DNA of 63,920 nucleotides, filler included, from Aduncisulcus paluster (GCA_024181965.1; 21 parts of 21 records of this genome joined end to end with filler, not necessarily neighbours in it); one strand, 5' to 3'; positions 1-11,408 are shown, counted from the whole stretch's first letter. Made by a program: numbers and translations. Notes: generated by a model not told the origin, from the sequence alone.

Positions 1-2
1 AT

Positions 3-3000
3 GTGATTTCTATGATGAGGAATGGATACTGGGGAGAAGAACTCGACAGAGAGTTGCAGAAAGAAGATCAAGAGAAACAAAAGGATGCCGTTGATCCTGA
101 AGCAGTCTCATCATCTGGTGACTCTGTGGAACATTCGACCCCTTCTTCCTCCTCCTCTTCCATCTCTCCCTCTCCCTCTTCCTCACCGTGGTACGCCCTT
201 GCCCATTATCTGTACGGTCCCCATAACCTCCCACTCAGAGATATATCAGACGAGGATACTGTGTCCTGCATCGTAGGTTCCGAACGTACAGATACTGGCG
301 GTGAAGAAGAACGTATTGACACGTGCAGCGCCATGAAAGTCGACTACGATTCTCCATTACCCTCATCTCTTGGTCTATTGCGAAAGATTGCCCAAGAAAG
401 GGTTAGATCTAGCCTTGCCGATCATGACACCGCATGGATGTCCTCTCAGCGTCCAGGATCTTCTATTCCAGGCTCTGCCTCAATGTCTAGAGCCAATTCC
501 CAGTCCTCCGCTTGTTCATCAAGGAGTTCATCCACAGCTTGTTTGAGAGGACCCATGTCAAGCAATCCTTCTCGTCTTACCCTTAACTTCCCGTCCCAAC
601 TCTCCCAACCCTCATCCACAGCTGATATTTTGACCCAGCTCTTGTCCTCTATTCCTCCCTGTCCTTTCTCTTCCGCCCTTCTGAGCGGTGTGCTCCTTGT
701 TGAGATCTGTGTGAGGAATATATGGTCCATTTGGGAAGAGGGGAAACAGCAGCGTCTCAAAGCATCGACTATCGTGCCCGTTTCTCAGCCAACTATTGTG
801 CCTGATCCTTTCCCATGTTCTGACCCAATGTTACCACCTGCCCATCCCATCCGGGTTCTTGTTGATGGCGTTGAGGTTATCCAACTGGAGAAAGAGAAAA
901 CTATGCGAGATCAGCACAAGGCTTCATACAAAACATTGGAAACTAGCCATGATGAGAGTAGTGAACATATCTTGTCCGTATCCCTCGACGGTGAACAACA
1001 GCATGATGCTACTGAGCATGAGGGGTTGAAAGGAACAATGCATCCAACGGAACTCGAACCCACGCATCAATCATCGTTAGCCCAGATCTCAACCCTTCCC
1101 CCACCGAGCTCCGTTGATTCTTCCACAAAGGGATCTAAGCTCAGCAAGAAAGAGTTCAAACAACCAATTCTTGAGTCTATCACCCTCCAGGCATCTCCAA
1201 ACCATCCCAGACATTCGCACGTTAGAAATATTGATCTTACCAAAGAGCTCGACACAGATCCAATCGCCTCCGGGTTACCCTCAAAGACACACAAAAGTAT
1301 CATGTCCCCCTTAACTATGGGTGGAAGGAAGCTTCCTTGGGAGGAAAACTTGGCTCGCAAGGTGAAAGAGGATAGTCTGCGTTGGAATGTCACTGTTGAC
1401 CGAAAGAGCCAACCAAGACCCAAGACAAGTTCCGTTGTTCTAACTTCTCCTGTGTTTTCTCTCCCCCCTAATTACGCTGTTCGACAAAAGAGTCTTCAAA
1501 ATGCTCTGAGAATGAAGAGGAATAGAGAGAGTAGAGAGGAAAAGAAGAGAATGAGAGAGGAGAAGAAACGTGAACGTAAGATGATGCTCACGATGGAATC
1601 AGCCTCTCTTCCTCCTTCTTCTGTGGCGAAATCAGGTTCCGATTCATCTTTCGTGAAGGTTGGAGATGGTCTTGTGCGTCGTACTCAGCATGTTGTTCCC
1701 AGTCCTGGGTCTCAATCTACAGCTTCAAAATCCAAATCTGTTTATCCATCTCACCAATTCGCCTCCTCAGTATCTCCTCATTATACTTATAGTCGTCTCC
1801 AGTCTAAACAACGCAATATGACTCATTCTCCGTACCATCAGAAGACAGACGGGAAAGAATTGTATAAATCTCCACCTCCTCGCTCCTCCGTGAGTGACCA
1901 TGTGTCGGCTTCTGGTCCAGAGTTTCAAGAGACTTTCGTAAGAACCAGTAGTGGATCTCTCGGTGTTCCCAACAAACAAACCATGCAACGTGAACGTTCA
2001 GATTCTGGATCAATGCGTTTTGCAGATGGGACCAAGGTTCCTATTGGTCTTATAAAACGTGACGACGTCCCACTTCGTGTGCTTGAACATATCAATGGTC
2101 GTCCAATCGTTAAAATTGAGGGAACTGGCACTCGTGGTCGTACGTGGTCTTACGTTCAGGAATGCGATTCTTCGTTTGTCGAACATCCCTCTGTTCGCCA
2201 AGAATCTGTCAGATATATTCACGATGAACTTGTTGGAAAGCATCATAAGCCCAATGGAATGGATAAGAGTCCATTCAGACATGATGCCTTCTCGACACCT
2301 TATTCATATGCGAACCCTTCATCCTTTTCTCCTGTTCATAGGACTTTCTCTCACTCAATGTCACCATCTCTCCTCCACGAATGCTCTGTTGGACAGGCCA
2401 TGGGAACATCCATGTCTCCTTCATTGATCCGCAGTGTGTCACGTCCCTTCTTGTCCTCTTCTTGTTCAAACTATCCACCTTCATTGATCTCGTTCCCTCT
2501 CTCTGCCTCTCTCTCTCTCTTTCTGCCTCCTCTGTCGGTGTCTCCATTGGCATTCCTTTCCGTTGCTTTGGCCGTTTGTCACTCTGAATCTGAAGGAAAA
2601 ACACTCGAACAGGTCAAATGCATCGAAATGGTGGGTTCCGATGCTTCACACATTGGTCTTACGAGCACAGCTGACCGGGATTCCAATCCAATGCTGACTG
2701 TGGACATTCAACAGCTCGATGACGAAGACTCTGAGAGTTCCTCTGAACATGATGTTAAGGATTCGACACATATCCCACCAGCATCCACTGGTCCGGCCGT
2801 TCCCATCAAGAAGCAAAAGTCCGGGTCTCTCCTACCGGAAGCTCTTTCAAGACTCTTGTTCTCCCTTCGTTCCCTCTCTTCTTCCTTATCTATGCACCTT
2901 CTCACGACTCCTATCTCTCCTGCATCTCGTGAGGAACGTTCGTATAAGTCCCAAGCTAAGAAAAACGTCGAGATCCTCTCAAATGCTGTTGAATTCATTG

Positions 3001-4742
3001 TAGGATGTCTCAGTGGACGAATTGTGGCATGTGGATGGACAGATAACGAATACAAGACAGAAGTTGACAGTTGGCACCGTGAACAAGAGAAGATCACAAA
3101 GGAGAGAGAGAAGAAGAGGAAGAAGGACAATAGGCGTTCAGGTGTGATCTGTGATCCTAAAGGAACTTCTACACCACTCTCCTCTTCCATCCTTGGAACT
3201 ATGAGCATTGACAATGATCCGTATACCTCCATGCATACTCATGTACCAACCCCGTTATCCACACCGTATGTATTTTTGGAACAAGAACACGATGCTTCTT
3301 ATTCTGGTCCCCTTCCAGAACAACAAGTATCAGCATCTTCAGTGTCAATGTCTATTTTTAGTCAGGCTATATTTGTATCTTCGATTCCTCGTCACTTTAT
3401 CGAACCAGTTAAGTTAACTCATCGTGATCGGAAAGAGAAATTGAAGAGTTTGAAGAAGAAGGCTTCAATGTCCATGTCAGAAAAACATACGGTGATCACA
3501 CGTGGAATTCGAAAGAGCGTCTGTGTTGCCATTCGAGCCTTTTTGTATGCAATGACAGTTGTAGCAAAGCCTTGGTTATGGCGAAAGGACGGAGTTGAGA
3601 TTGGTCTTGAAATGAGTGACTGGAAGCACATTCTTTCATATCGAATCCTCCCAATTGACCTAATTATCATTGCTTCTTTGATGCTATATCAACTTAGAAT
3701 GAGTGAAAATGAGGTTAAGATGAGGAAAATCCGTAGTCTACCCCCTGTATCGTCGGATATCTCTGAACATCCAAGCTCTCAAGAACCCCAGAGTCTGAGC
3801 AGTGCTGAGACTGAACAAAAACCTGCCAAGAAACCCAAACAGGTTTACCCGATGATATTTTTGCTCTCTCTTGACCAATTGAAGGTATTTGAGCGATATG
3901 TCAAGGTTGATGCTGATTTTATTGAGCTTATTGAGTGGAAAAAGAAGATGCTTGAGGAGGAAGCGAGGAAGAAGAGTGAAGAGATTGAAAGGAAAAAACT
4001 TCTTGAGGAGGAAAAAAAGAGGAGANNNNNNNNNNNNNNNNNNNNCCGTAGTCTACCCCCTGTATCGTCGGATATCTCTGAACATCCAAGCTCTCAAGAA
4101 CCCCAGAGTCTGAGCAGTGCTGAGACTGAACAAAAACCTGCCAAGAAACCCAAACAGGTTTACCCGATGATATTTTTGCTCTCTCTTGACCAATTGAAGG
4201 TATTTGAGCGATATGTCAAGGTTGATGCTGATTTTATTGAGCTTATTGAGTGGAAAAAGAAGATGCTTGAGGAGGAAGCGAGGAAGAAGAGTGAAGAGAT
4301 TGAAAGGAAAAAACTTCTTGAGGAGGAAAAAAAGAGGAGAGAAGAAGAAGAGGAGGAGAAGAGAAAAGAAGAGGAGGACCGCGTGAGAAAAGAGAAGGAG
4401 CAAGAAAGAATCAATCGTCTTAAAGCTCTTAGAGAGAAGAAAAAACAAGAACTTGAAGAGGAACAGAAGAAACAAGATGAACAAAAGGCTCGAGAGGAGC
4501 AAGAGAAAGAAGAGGCTCTCCAAAAGAAGATTCGAATTGAACGACTTCGAAGAGAACGTGAAAAGGCTTTAGAACTAGCCATGTCAAAGAAAGAAGAGAA
4601 CGAAAAGAAGGAGAAAGAAGACAAAGTCCCTGTTTCTGAAATTCATGTTTCAGCTCCTCAAAAACCATCTTCAACAAGTCCTCAACTTCATTCCGTTGTC
4701 AACCCCCTTGTATTAATCAGAAATCAGAAGAAAAAGCCTTAA
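3..4742 (+). CDS. Large Ser-rich, low-complexity hypothetical protein with C-terminal Glu/Lys/Arg coiled coil; 5'-partial; contains an artefactual 105-codon duplication+gap
   Basis: 4.7-kb open frame from the window edge to TAA at 4740-4742, followed by AT-rich intergenic DNA; no recognisable catalytic motif. Confidence 0.75.
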   Translation: MISMMRNGYWGEELDRELQKEDQEKQKDAVDPEAVSSSGDSVEHSTPSSSSSSISPSPSSSPWYALAHYLYGPHNLPLRDISDEDTVSCIVGSERTDTGGEEERIDTCSAMKVDYDSPLPSSLGLLRKIAQERVRSSLADHDTAWMSSQRPGSSIPGSASMSRANSQSSACSSRSSSTACLRGPMSSNPSRLTLNFPSQLSQPSSTADILTQLLSSIPPCPFSSALLSGVLLVEICVRNIWSIWEEGKQQRLKASTIVPVSQPTIVPDPFPCSDPMLPPAHPIRVLVDGVEVIQLEKEKTMRDQHKASYKTLETSHDESSEHILSVSLDGEQQHDATEHEGLKGTMHPTELEPTHQSSLAQISTLPPPSSVDSSTKGSKLSKKEFKQPILESITLQASPNHPRHSHVRNIDLTKELDTDPIASGLPSKTHKSIMSPLTMGGRKLPWEENLARKVKEDSLRWNVTVDRKSQPRPKTSSVVLTSPVFSLPPNYAVRQKSLQNALRMKRNRESREEKKRMREEKKRERKMMLTMESASLPPSSVAKSGSDSSFVKVGDGLVRRTQHVVPSPGSQSTASKSKSVYPSHQFASSVSPHYTYSRLQSKQRNMTHSPYHQKTDGKELYKSPPPRSSVSDHVSASGPEFQETFVRTSSGSLGVPNKQTMQRERSDSGSMRFADGTKVPIGLIKRDDVPLRVLEHINGRPIVKIEGTGTRGRTWSYVQECDSSFVEHPSVRQESVRYIHDELVGKHHKPNGMDKSPFRHDAFSTPYSYANPSSFSPVHRTFSHSMSPSLLHECSVGQAMGTSMSPSLIRSVSRPFLSSSCSNYPPSLISFPLSASLSLFLPPLSVSPLAFLSVALAVCHSESEGKTLEQVKCIEMVGSDASHIGLTSTADRDSNPMLTVDIQQLDDEDSESSSEHDVKDSTHIPPASTGPAVPIKKQKSGSLLPEALSRLLFSLRSLSSSLSMHLLTTPISPASREERSYKSQAKKNVEILSNAVEFIVGCLSGRIVACGWTDNEYKTEVDSWHREQEKITKEREKKRKKDNRRSGVICDPKGTSTPLSSSILGTMSIDNDPYTSMHTHVPTPLSTPYVFLEQEHDASYSGPLPEQQVSASSVSMSIFSQAIFVSSIPRHFIEPVKLTHRDRKEKLKSLKKKASMSMSEKHTVITRGIRKSVCVAIRAFLYAMTVVAKPWLWRKDGVEIGLEMSDWKHILSYRILPIDLIIIASLMLYQLRMSENEVKMRKIRSLPPVSSDISEHPSSQEPQSLSSAETEQKPAKKPKQVYPMIFLLSLDQLKVFERYVKVDADFIELIEWKKKMLEEEARKKSEEIERKKLLEEEKKRRXXXXXXXRSLPPVSSDISEHPSSQEPQSLSSAETEQKPAKKPKQVYPMIFLLSLDQLKVFERYVKVDADFIELIEWKKKMLEEEARKKSEEIERKKLLEEEKKRREEEEEEKRKEEEDRVRKEKEQERINRLKALREKKKQELEEEQKKQDEQKAREEQEKEEALQKKIRIERLRREREKALELAMSKKEENEKKEKEDKVPVSEIHVSAPQKPSSTSPQLHSVVNPLVLIRNQKKKP
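3731..4340. repeat. 295-bp direct duplication flanking a 20-N gap (3731-4025 = 4046-4340); likely unmerged contig overlap
   Basis: Identical sequence on both sides of the N run at 4026-4045. Confidence 0.9.
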
Positions 4743-5391
4743 TTTCTTGAACAATAATTCTTAATTTCACCTTTTGTTAATTTTTTTTTTTTGATAGTTT
4801 ATTTTATCAAATAGAGCCAATTTGGGCTTCAAATTCTTTTTTCTTTTTTCTTGGATTTATTAAAAGTAATATTTTCCGCTCATTTCCTCGACCTTTTTCA
4901 ATGAACCTTTTTTCATTTTCAAGTTAACGGTTCGTTCAAATTCAATTGCCTCAAAACAACTGTATTATCACAATGAGATAAGAAATTTATCAACAAGATT
5001 ATAATATATCTGTATTCTTACGAAAGAAATAAAATTTCATTCACGTCACATCTCTTAAGTATAAGACTGTACTGTATGTGCATCATGTTTCTCGTTGAAA
5101 TAACTCCAGAGTTATGACTGTGGTTGCAAGATACTCACCTTAGATGGCAAAATATAGAATTGACAAAAATAATACTCTAATCACGAAAACAAGATAAAAA
5201 GAACGGAAAGAAAATAAATATATTTTACAAATATATATAGTAAAACTGTAAGAAAGTTTGTTAAAGATAATGAGAATAATAAAATGAAGATTGTAATGTA
5301 GAAATGGAAAGAATACAACATTATTGTTTTGATGTGGGATAAAACACACACTATAAAACAATATAAAATTAATGAAATACAAGATATTTTA

Positions 5392-8373
5392 TCATTTTAA
5401 TCCTCCCCAAGGTAGCATCAACAAGCGTCTCATGGATGTTGCATTGTGACACATGAATGACGTTGTCACAGATTTGTCACCGAGAGCATATTTTTCAACA
5501 TCAGTACTACAGGAAATCCTTTGGAATATATCTTTCACATCCTTTGATCTGAGCCTGAATATCTTCTTTTTCTTAGGAGTCTTCGATGGAGATTCAGAGA
5601 TAATGGGTTTGATTGAGGGGATGGTGGTTATCCCGTCATCTCTACTATCTATATCATCAGCCAACGGCGATAGGGCACGGGGTCGATGTTCATGCGATTT
5701 CTTAGATTTCGATTTATGACTTGAAGTGCTCTGCCCTTTCTCATGTGTGTATTTTGAATCGCTTGTTCTTTTGTGAGGACTCCTCGTCCGTTCGGAAGGA
5801 GATAATGTCTCAGAAATACCAGCAGAGCCCGATACCTGGGGAGATTCAACGTCCCCATCAACAGATACACCAGAGGGTGACACTGAGCCATGGGGTTGGG
5901 CAGAACTCTCAGTGGTGCAACTGTCAGAAATTCGACTCATTGCATCCCTCACTGCATTCCGAGAAAAGGAGGAGATTAAGCGTCGAGAGGAGGAAGATGA
6001 ACTAGAAGAAACAGAGGATCGCGAATCAGTCCTACGATGGTGAGGAACGTTGGCACGAGTGCTTGTCATCTTCTTCAATATAGCTAGTTTCGATATACGA
6101 TCATATTGGCTCAATTCGGTGACTGATGACTCCGGGTCGGTGTCACGATTAATGTGGTTTGAATGATGCCGATGAGCTTTGGAAGAATCCTTCGTGTGGG
6201 AATCTTTGTGTGCCTTATGATCCTTGTCCTTCTCGTGTTGTTTATCCCTGTTCTTTGTTGAGTGGTCCGATTTGGAAGTTTTTGATGGATGATGATCTCT
6301 CTTCTCTTTTTCATCACGTGAACGTGCTTTGGTTGCACTCGTGTCTGAGCTTTTCAAGGATCTCTTATCCTTCTTGCCACTCCCATCTTTGTCTTTTGTT
6401 CTATTTTTATCTTGTTTCTCACTATGTTGTTCTGATTTCTTTGTTTTCGAATCTTTTGAATCTTTCTTCAAGGTGAGACTGTTGACTCCATCGACAATGG
6501 TGCCCACTCCAGAATAACCTCGGCTTCTTGTGCCTCCTGGTGTCATACTGGCAGACATGGGCGAAGAAGAAGACCCGTATCCAGTCTCAGCGGACGGCTT
6601 GTGTCCTTCTTGGATAAGGCTATGGATATGATGCTCTTTGGGAGTGCGGGGAACATGCCGCGAAGTCGATGAAGAGCCCTTAGAGTTATGTTGTTTCTTT
6701 ATAAAACCATTAGAATGCATCAAACGCATACGGGGACTTATTTTACGCAAAGATCGAAGGGAATCCTTCGAATGCCCAGCAGGGGATGGAGACGTGATGG
6801 AGGAGGATTGAATTGAGCTATGACGATACGAAGAATCAACACTCGACGATGTCTGAGTGCTTGAAGGATGTGGGATTGTTGAGGCCAAGGAAGTGACATT
6901 GACACCAAGGGGAGAATCAATAGTGGTTATTGGAGGTTTTGATGGAGGAGGAACATAACCAAACTCACCAGCAACGGTCATACCAATATCCTTGGGCTGC
7001 TTGATACGATGTCTCAATGATCTATTCATTGGATGTTCCGAACCATGACCTTCCTTCAAGGATGCGAGTGCAGGAGACACATCTGCAGGCCCATTGCGTT
7101 GGCTGCCTTTTCTCAGTTTCCTCTTGATTCCGTCAGGCCCGCTCTCTTCTTCATCTCTGGGAGTCCCAAATAGAGGAGAGTAATGCCCTTCTCCATCCAC
7201 AGGTCCCACAAGTGAGATGGTGGCTTCTCTTGACCTGAGTGGAATATCTCCAATGTCATCCAATACAGAGACACCTGTAGAATCTGTGCAACTGGGGAGT
7301 TCAGAGCAACGCCCGCTTGTTCTCTTCTTCTTCTTACGACCACGTTTCTCAGATTTAGAGCGAGTGGAAATCGCTGGAAGGACAACAGAATCGATGGATG
7401 ATGTTCCCTGGCCCGACTTTCGATTCTTTGGCCTTGCGACCCTTGTACTCTTCGATCTTCCCCGTGTTGGATTCCTACCTTGTTTTGAAGGAGAAGTTTT
7501 CCCACGTTTCTTTCTTATTGAGCTTGAAATAGGTGGTGACGAATACGCAACATCTTCTTTTTCCTCATCAAGATCAAATTCAAGTACTGTTTCTGTACTG
7601 TTCGTACGGACATGAGATTTCGTCAGGTCAAATCTACACGGTGAAATATTGTATGGAGGCGTTTGTGTGTGAATGCTACGAGCAGCTAATGTCATTTGAA
7701 GGTTATCAATCATCATTTTTTCTTCAAGATCACGCATCCGAGCATCATGTTCTTCTTTTGCCACCCTATCAGCGTCTTCTTCTCGTTTTTTTGCTTCTTC
7801 GGCCTCTATTCGCTTTTTTTCTTCTTCGGATCTCAAAGATTCCTCTTTTTTACGTCTATTTTCTTCTTCCAATATCAGTTCTTCTAATCTTTTGTCTTCA
7901 AGCTCTTTTTGCCGTTTTTCTTCGGCTTTCTTCATTGCTTCTTCCTCTTCTTTCTTTTTCTGTGCTTCAACAGCCTCTTTTTTCATTGATTCTAAGTCTT
8001 TTAGATCAACGGCCTCCTCAACGAGATATTTTTCCTTATCTGCCTTATCATCTATCGTTTCAGAATTATGAGGACAAAATGCTTTAATTGGATATAATAT
8101 ATGTTGTTTTTCAGAAGTAAATTCTAAGATAGAATGAAAGTATCTTCTTTTAATCGATTTGGCATCTATTACGACCGTAATTCTTAGGTCTGTAGCTTTT
8201 TCTGCTTTAACTTGTATTGATAATGGACTGTTTTCTTCCAAAGTTATCCGAAATTTCCTACTAAACATACTCCCTTCAACCATCTTGGCCTGAACCAATC
8301 TAGATCGGGTATCTGTCGGAGATAATGCCCCAAAATCCAATACAGAAGGTGAAAAAATAAATCCCCCTTCCAT
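5392..8373 (-). CDS. Hypothetical protein: N-terminal ASH/MSP-like Ig-fold candidate, coiled coil, long Ser/Lys/His-rich disordered region
   Basis: 993-aa ORF with ATG; starts FSPSVLDFGAL (P-x-x-L-x-F-G is typical of ASH/PapD-like domains) followed by about 100 aa of beta-like sequence. Confidence 0.6.
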   Translation of the reverse strand: MEGGFIFSPSVLDFGALSPTDTRSRLVQAKMVEGSMFSRKFRITLEENSPLSIQVKAEKATDLRITVVIDAKSIKRRYFHSILEFTSEKQHILYPIKAFCPHNSETIDDKADKEKYLVEEAVDLKDLESMKKEAVEAQKKKEEEEAMKKAEEKRQKELEDKRLEELILEEENRRKKEESLRSEEEKKRIEAEEAKKREEDADRVAKEEHDARMRDLEEKMMIDNLQMTLAARSIHTQTPPYNISPCRFDLTKSHVRTNSTETVLEFDLDEEKEDVAYSSPPISSSIRKKRGKTSPSKQGRNPTRGRSKSTRVARPKNRKSGQGTSSIDSVVLPAISTRSKSEKRGRKKKKRTSGRCSELPSCTDSTGVSVLDDIGDIPLRSREATISLVGPVDGEGHYSPLFGTPRDEEESGPDGIKRKLRKGSQRNGPADVSPALASLKEGHGSEHPMNRSLRHRIKQPKDIGMTVAGEFGYVPPPSKPPITTIDSPLGVNVTSLASTIPHPSSTQTSSSVDSSYRHSSIQSSSITSPSPAGHSKDSLRSLRKISPRMRLMHSNGFIKKQHNSKGSSSTSRHVPRTPKEHHIHSLIQEGHKPSAETGYGSSSSPMSASMTPGGTRSRGYSGVGTIVDGVNSLTLKKDSKDSKTKKSEQHSEKQDKNRTKDKDGSGKKDKRSLKSSDTSATKARSRDEKEKRDHHPSKTSKSDHSTKNRDKQHEKDKDHKAHKDSHTKDSSKAHRHHSNHINRDTDPESSVTELSQYDRISKLAILKKMTSTRANVPHHRRTDSRSSVSSSSSSSSRRLISSFSRNAVRDAMSRISDSCTTESSAQPHGSVSPSGVSVDGDVESPQVSGSAGISETLSPSERTRSPHKRTSDSKYTHEKGQSTSSHKSKSKKSHEHRPRALSPLADDIDSRDDGITTIPSIKPIISESPSKTPKKKKIFRLRSKDVKDIFQRISCSTDVEKYALGDKSVTTSFMCHNATSMRRLLMLPWGGLK

Positions 8374-8560
8374 ATTACATGCGATTTTGTGATATTTTAC
8401 GGAAAAACCACAATAAATTTACTATGCAAATAAATTCTTGAGATTGATATCAGTTGGATAAATAATAGTAATCTCCATTTGTATTTGGTGTTAATTTATT
8501 AAATTTAATTGATAATCCAAGAGAAACGAATGAAGAGAGAAAAAAATACCAATAACATGC

Positions 8561-9145
8561 TCAAAATTCGTCATCAAATGAATCTTCTTCATCATCTTGA
8601 AAAAATATACGCTTTTCAGGAGGCAATTTTTGTTTTTTAAGCTTCTGTCCATCATACAAATCGGAACGAGATGGGAGTACTCCATGTATTTTCTTCTCTC
8701 CAGCCACCAATTCAACTGGAATACAAGTAAATACTTTATATGCTGGTTTATCTGTTGCTAGTTCACCGGATTTTTCGGGCTGTTTTTCAATTATTTCAGT
8801 ATCTTCAGATACTTTCCCCCTGTGTTCTGATTCTTCTTCTTCTTTCTCCGAATCATCTTCATCATCAAGAGAAACTTCTTCTTGTGATACTTTTAATTCA
8901 TTATCTTTTGGAATGCTTGAGGATTCGGATGAAGACGGTTTAGCTGTAAAATATAAATGAGATCCAATAGCAACATTCTTTCTTACTTGAAATATTCTAT
9001 GACCTATTTGTACAAGTGGATAATCTGCATCTATTCCAACCATTTCAATATTATCAACAGAATCTATCCATTTCTCATCAGGAGCCAAAGGAATATCCAT
9101 GGATACATATTCTACATCATATTCATCTTCTAATGTTGATTCCAT
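8561..9145 (-). CDS. Probable TFIIIC subunit 6 (GTF3C6/Tfc7 triple-barrel domain) protein
   Basis: EYVSMDI...IEMVGIDADYPLVQIGHRIFQ...AIGSHLYF matches the pattern of GTF3C6 (VLGIDTERPILQV...F...TLGT.VIF); acidic N-terminus and tail. Confidence 0.6.
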   Translation of the reverse strand: MESTLEDEYDVEYVSMDIPLAPDEKWIDSVDNIEMVGIDADYPLVQIGHRIFQVRKNVAIGSHLYFTAKPSSSESSSIPKDNELKVSQEEVSLDDEDDSEKEEEESEHRGKVSEDTEIIEKQPEKSGELATDKPAYKVFTCIPVELVAGEKKIHGVLPSRSDLYDGQKLKKQKLPPEKRIFFQDDEEDSFDDEF

Positions 9146-9236
9146 CTGTATAAATTTTTGTCAATATGTGATGTGAAGCTCAAAATAAAATTTGATTACA
9201 AAGCTATTTTTCTTCCGATTGGGAATTAATTTCAAA

Positions 9237-11311
9237 ATGACTGAATCGGAATTAAATGAATTGATTATTTTATTATATGATTTACCCATTGTTTGTTCCA
9301 AACCTCCTTATTTTCAACATGGAATGGATAGATTAAGAATTTTAGATCCCCAGAAAGTTCAAGAAATCGAGCAATATCTTCAATCTGCCCAATCTGAGAT
9401 AAAAGATACCAAAAAGATTATAAAATTGTATCAATACTTTCAAACAAAGGTTATGAAAAAGTTAAAACATACATCTGTAATTCCCATCCCATATAATAGG
9501 CCAGATTTAATTTTGACAAAAATTGAACTACTTCGAAGTCAGACATTGTCCCATCTTTATTCATTTTTCCCCAAAGAATATCAATTTATTGCAGAAGATT
9601 CAATCGATGTTCGTCATCTCTCAGATTCACCTGTGTTTTCTGCAAATATTCCCTCTATTTCTCATTTATATCTTCCAGAATCCGATGGTTGTCAGTTTAT
9701 TTCCTTTGATATTAAGGGGGCTTCCTTTTTCACCCTTTCTCTTCTTGGCCTGACTCTAGGATTCACATCTTGGGATGAACTGGCATCAAAATATATTCCT
9801 GTCCCATTATTCCAGCACAGTAAGCATCTTCGTCAAGTTATTCTCACAAAAACGTTTGGGCCTGCTGTCAATATGTCTGTTGCAGTTATGAGTGAAATCC
9901 TTGCCGTGTGTGTGTGTTTAGCCGTAAACATGACTCAATTTTGCCTTATTCAGGCCCAAGAGAAAGATAAATCTGAATTTATTCCTTTTCTGGAAACTTC
10001 TCCCTCTCTCCGTTCCTTCTCTCTGACTGAGGCTTTCCAAAAACCTGATGTTTCGACCTTCCCGTCCCACATGAATCATATCATATCATATATTGCCCAA
10101 TATTCAAAAACTATTCGATCTGCCGCAATGAATCTCTCGACTGATATGTCTACTGTTCGGAGTTCCAAAGATGAGGTCTTGGTTCGAATTGGCGGGGCAC
10201 AAACAGGGAAACAGCTCAAAAAGATGGAAGCCTCCAACANNNNNNNNNNNNNNNNNNNNGACTCAATTTTGCCTTATTCAGGCCCAAGAGAAAGATAAAT
10301 CTGAATTTATTCCTTTTCTGGAAACTTCTCCCTCTCTCCGTTCCTTCTCTCTGACTGAGGCTTTCCAAAAACCTGATGTTTCGACCTTCACGTCCCACAT
10401 GAATCATATCATATCATATATTGCCCAATATTCAAAAACTATTCGATCTGCCGCAATGAATCTCTCGACTGATATGTCTACTGTTCGGAGTTCCAAAGAT
10501 GAGGTCTTGGTTCGAATTGGCGGGGCACAAACAGGGAAACAGCTCAAAAAGATGGAAGCCTCCAACAAACCATCCATTCAATCTTCTGAATCACATCCCC
10601 ACCCTTTCCTCCTCCTCCTCCTCTTCCTTTGTTCCCGTGCATAAACTTGAGAGAGCCGATGGTCTTGTGACCCTGGTGTTGTTATATTGGTATTCTATCT
10701 TTGTTCCTTTCATCATGCCTGTGAATGTATCAATCGTCAGGGTTGAGGAAAGGAGTTTTTACTTTGTGAGAAAGACAAGAAAATGGCCAAGATTGAAATT
10801 TGAAAAGAAGGAAGAAGAAAGAAAAGCAAAGGAAGAAGCTTCGGAGGGTGAGAAAGAGAGTGTTGAGAAAGATTCTCAGCCAGGTGAAATAGATAAGACT
10901 CCATCTGTTTTCAAAGAACTTAGTCTTCTCTTTGAATTCAGTCGTCTTTCAATAGATTCCCTCTTTTGTTTGAAGGATCCCATTACAGAGATCAAAGAGC
11001 TAACTCATTCTTCGTTTTGCCCAGCTGTTTGTCGTGAGAGGTCTATAAAAATAGATCTTGAGAAAGATTGTGTCAATAAGAAAGGTGAAATCGTTGAGCT
11101 TGAAACTTTATGTGGGAGCAAGAGAAGGCGAAGGAGGTTCACCAAGACGAGACAATTGGTACAATCCCATGGAAAACCTAAGGATGAGAAAAGAAAGGAT
11201 TCTAATGGTAATTCTAAGGAAGGAAAACAAGGGAAGAAAGACGAACAATATCTCGGAAAGCGTCGAACAAGTCCCAAGGATCATCCTGATAAGCCATCAG
11301 AAGGAAAGTAG
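9237..11311 (+). CDS. Hypothetical protein with polymerase-palm-like motifs; split by a gap duplication and one frameshift near 10600
   Basis: ATG 9237; motifs LYDLPI...PPYF, FISFDIKGASF, SKHLRQVIL, SSKDEVLV; collapsing the 9932-10239/10260-10567 duplication joins the first two ORFs; continuation in the 10499 frame to TAG 11311. Confidence 0.55.
9932..10567. repeat. 308-bp direct duplication flanking a 20-N gap, with one substitution (C10062 vs A10390)
   Basis: Direct comparison of both sides of the N run at 10240-10259. Confidence 0.9.
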
Positions 11312-11408
11312 ATTAAAGTTTACTTGCTTCAATTTCATATATTCAAGAAGACAATATATATTTATGTAATTATATTATAAGGAATCGTCGAAACATATAT
11401 ATATCCCA

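Noticed and set aside
5140..5382. 80-aa hydrophobic ORF; similarly 43836-44093 and 49965-50189
   Set aside because: Translations of AT-rich UTR, LTR or minisatellite DNA.
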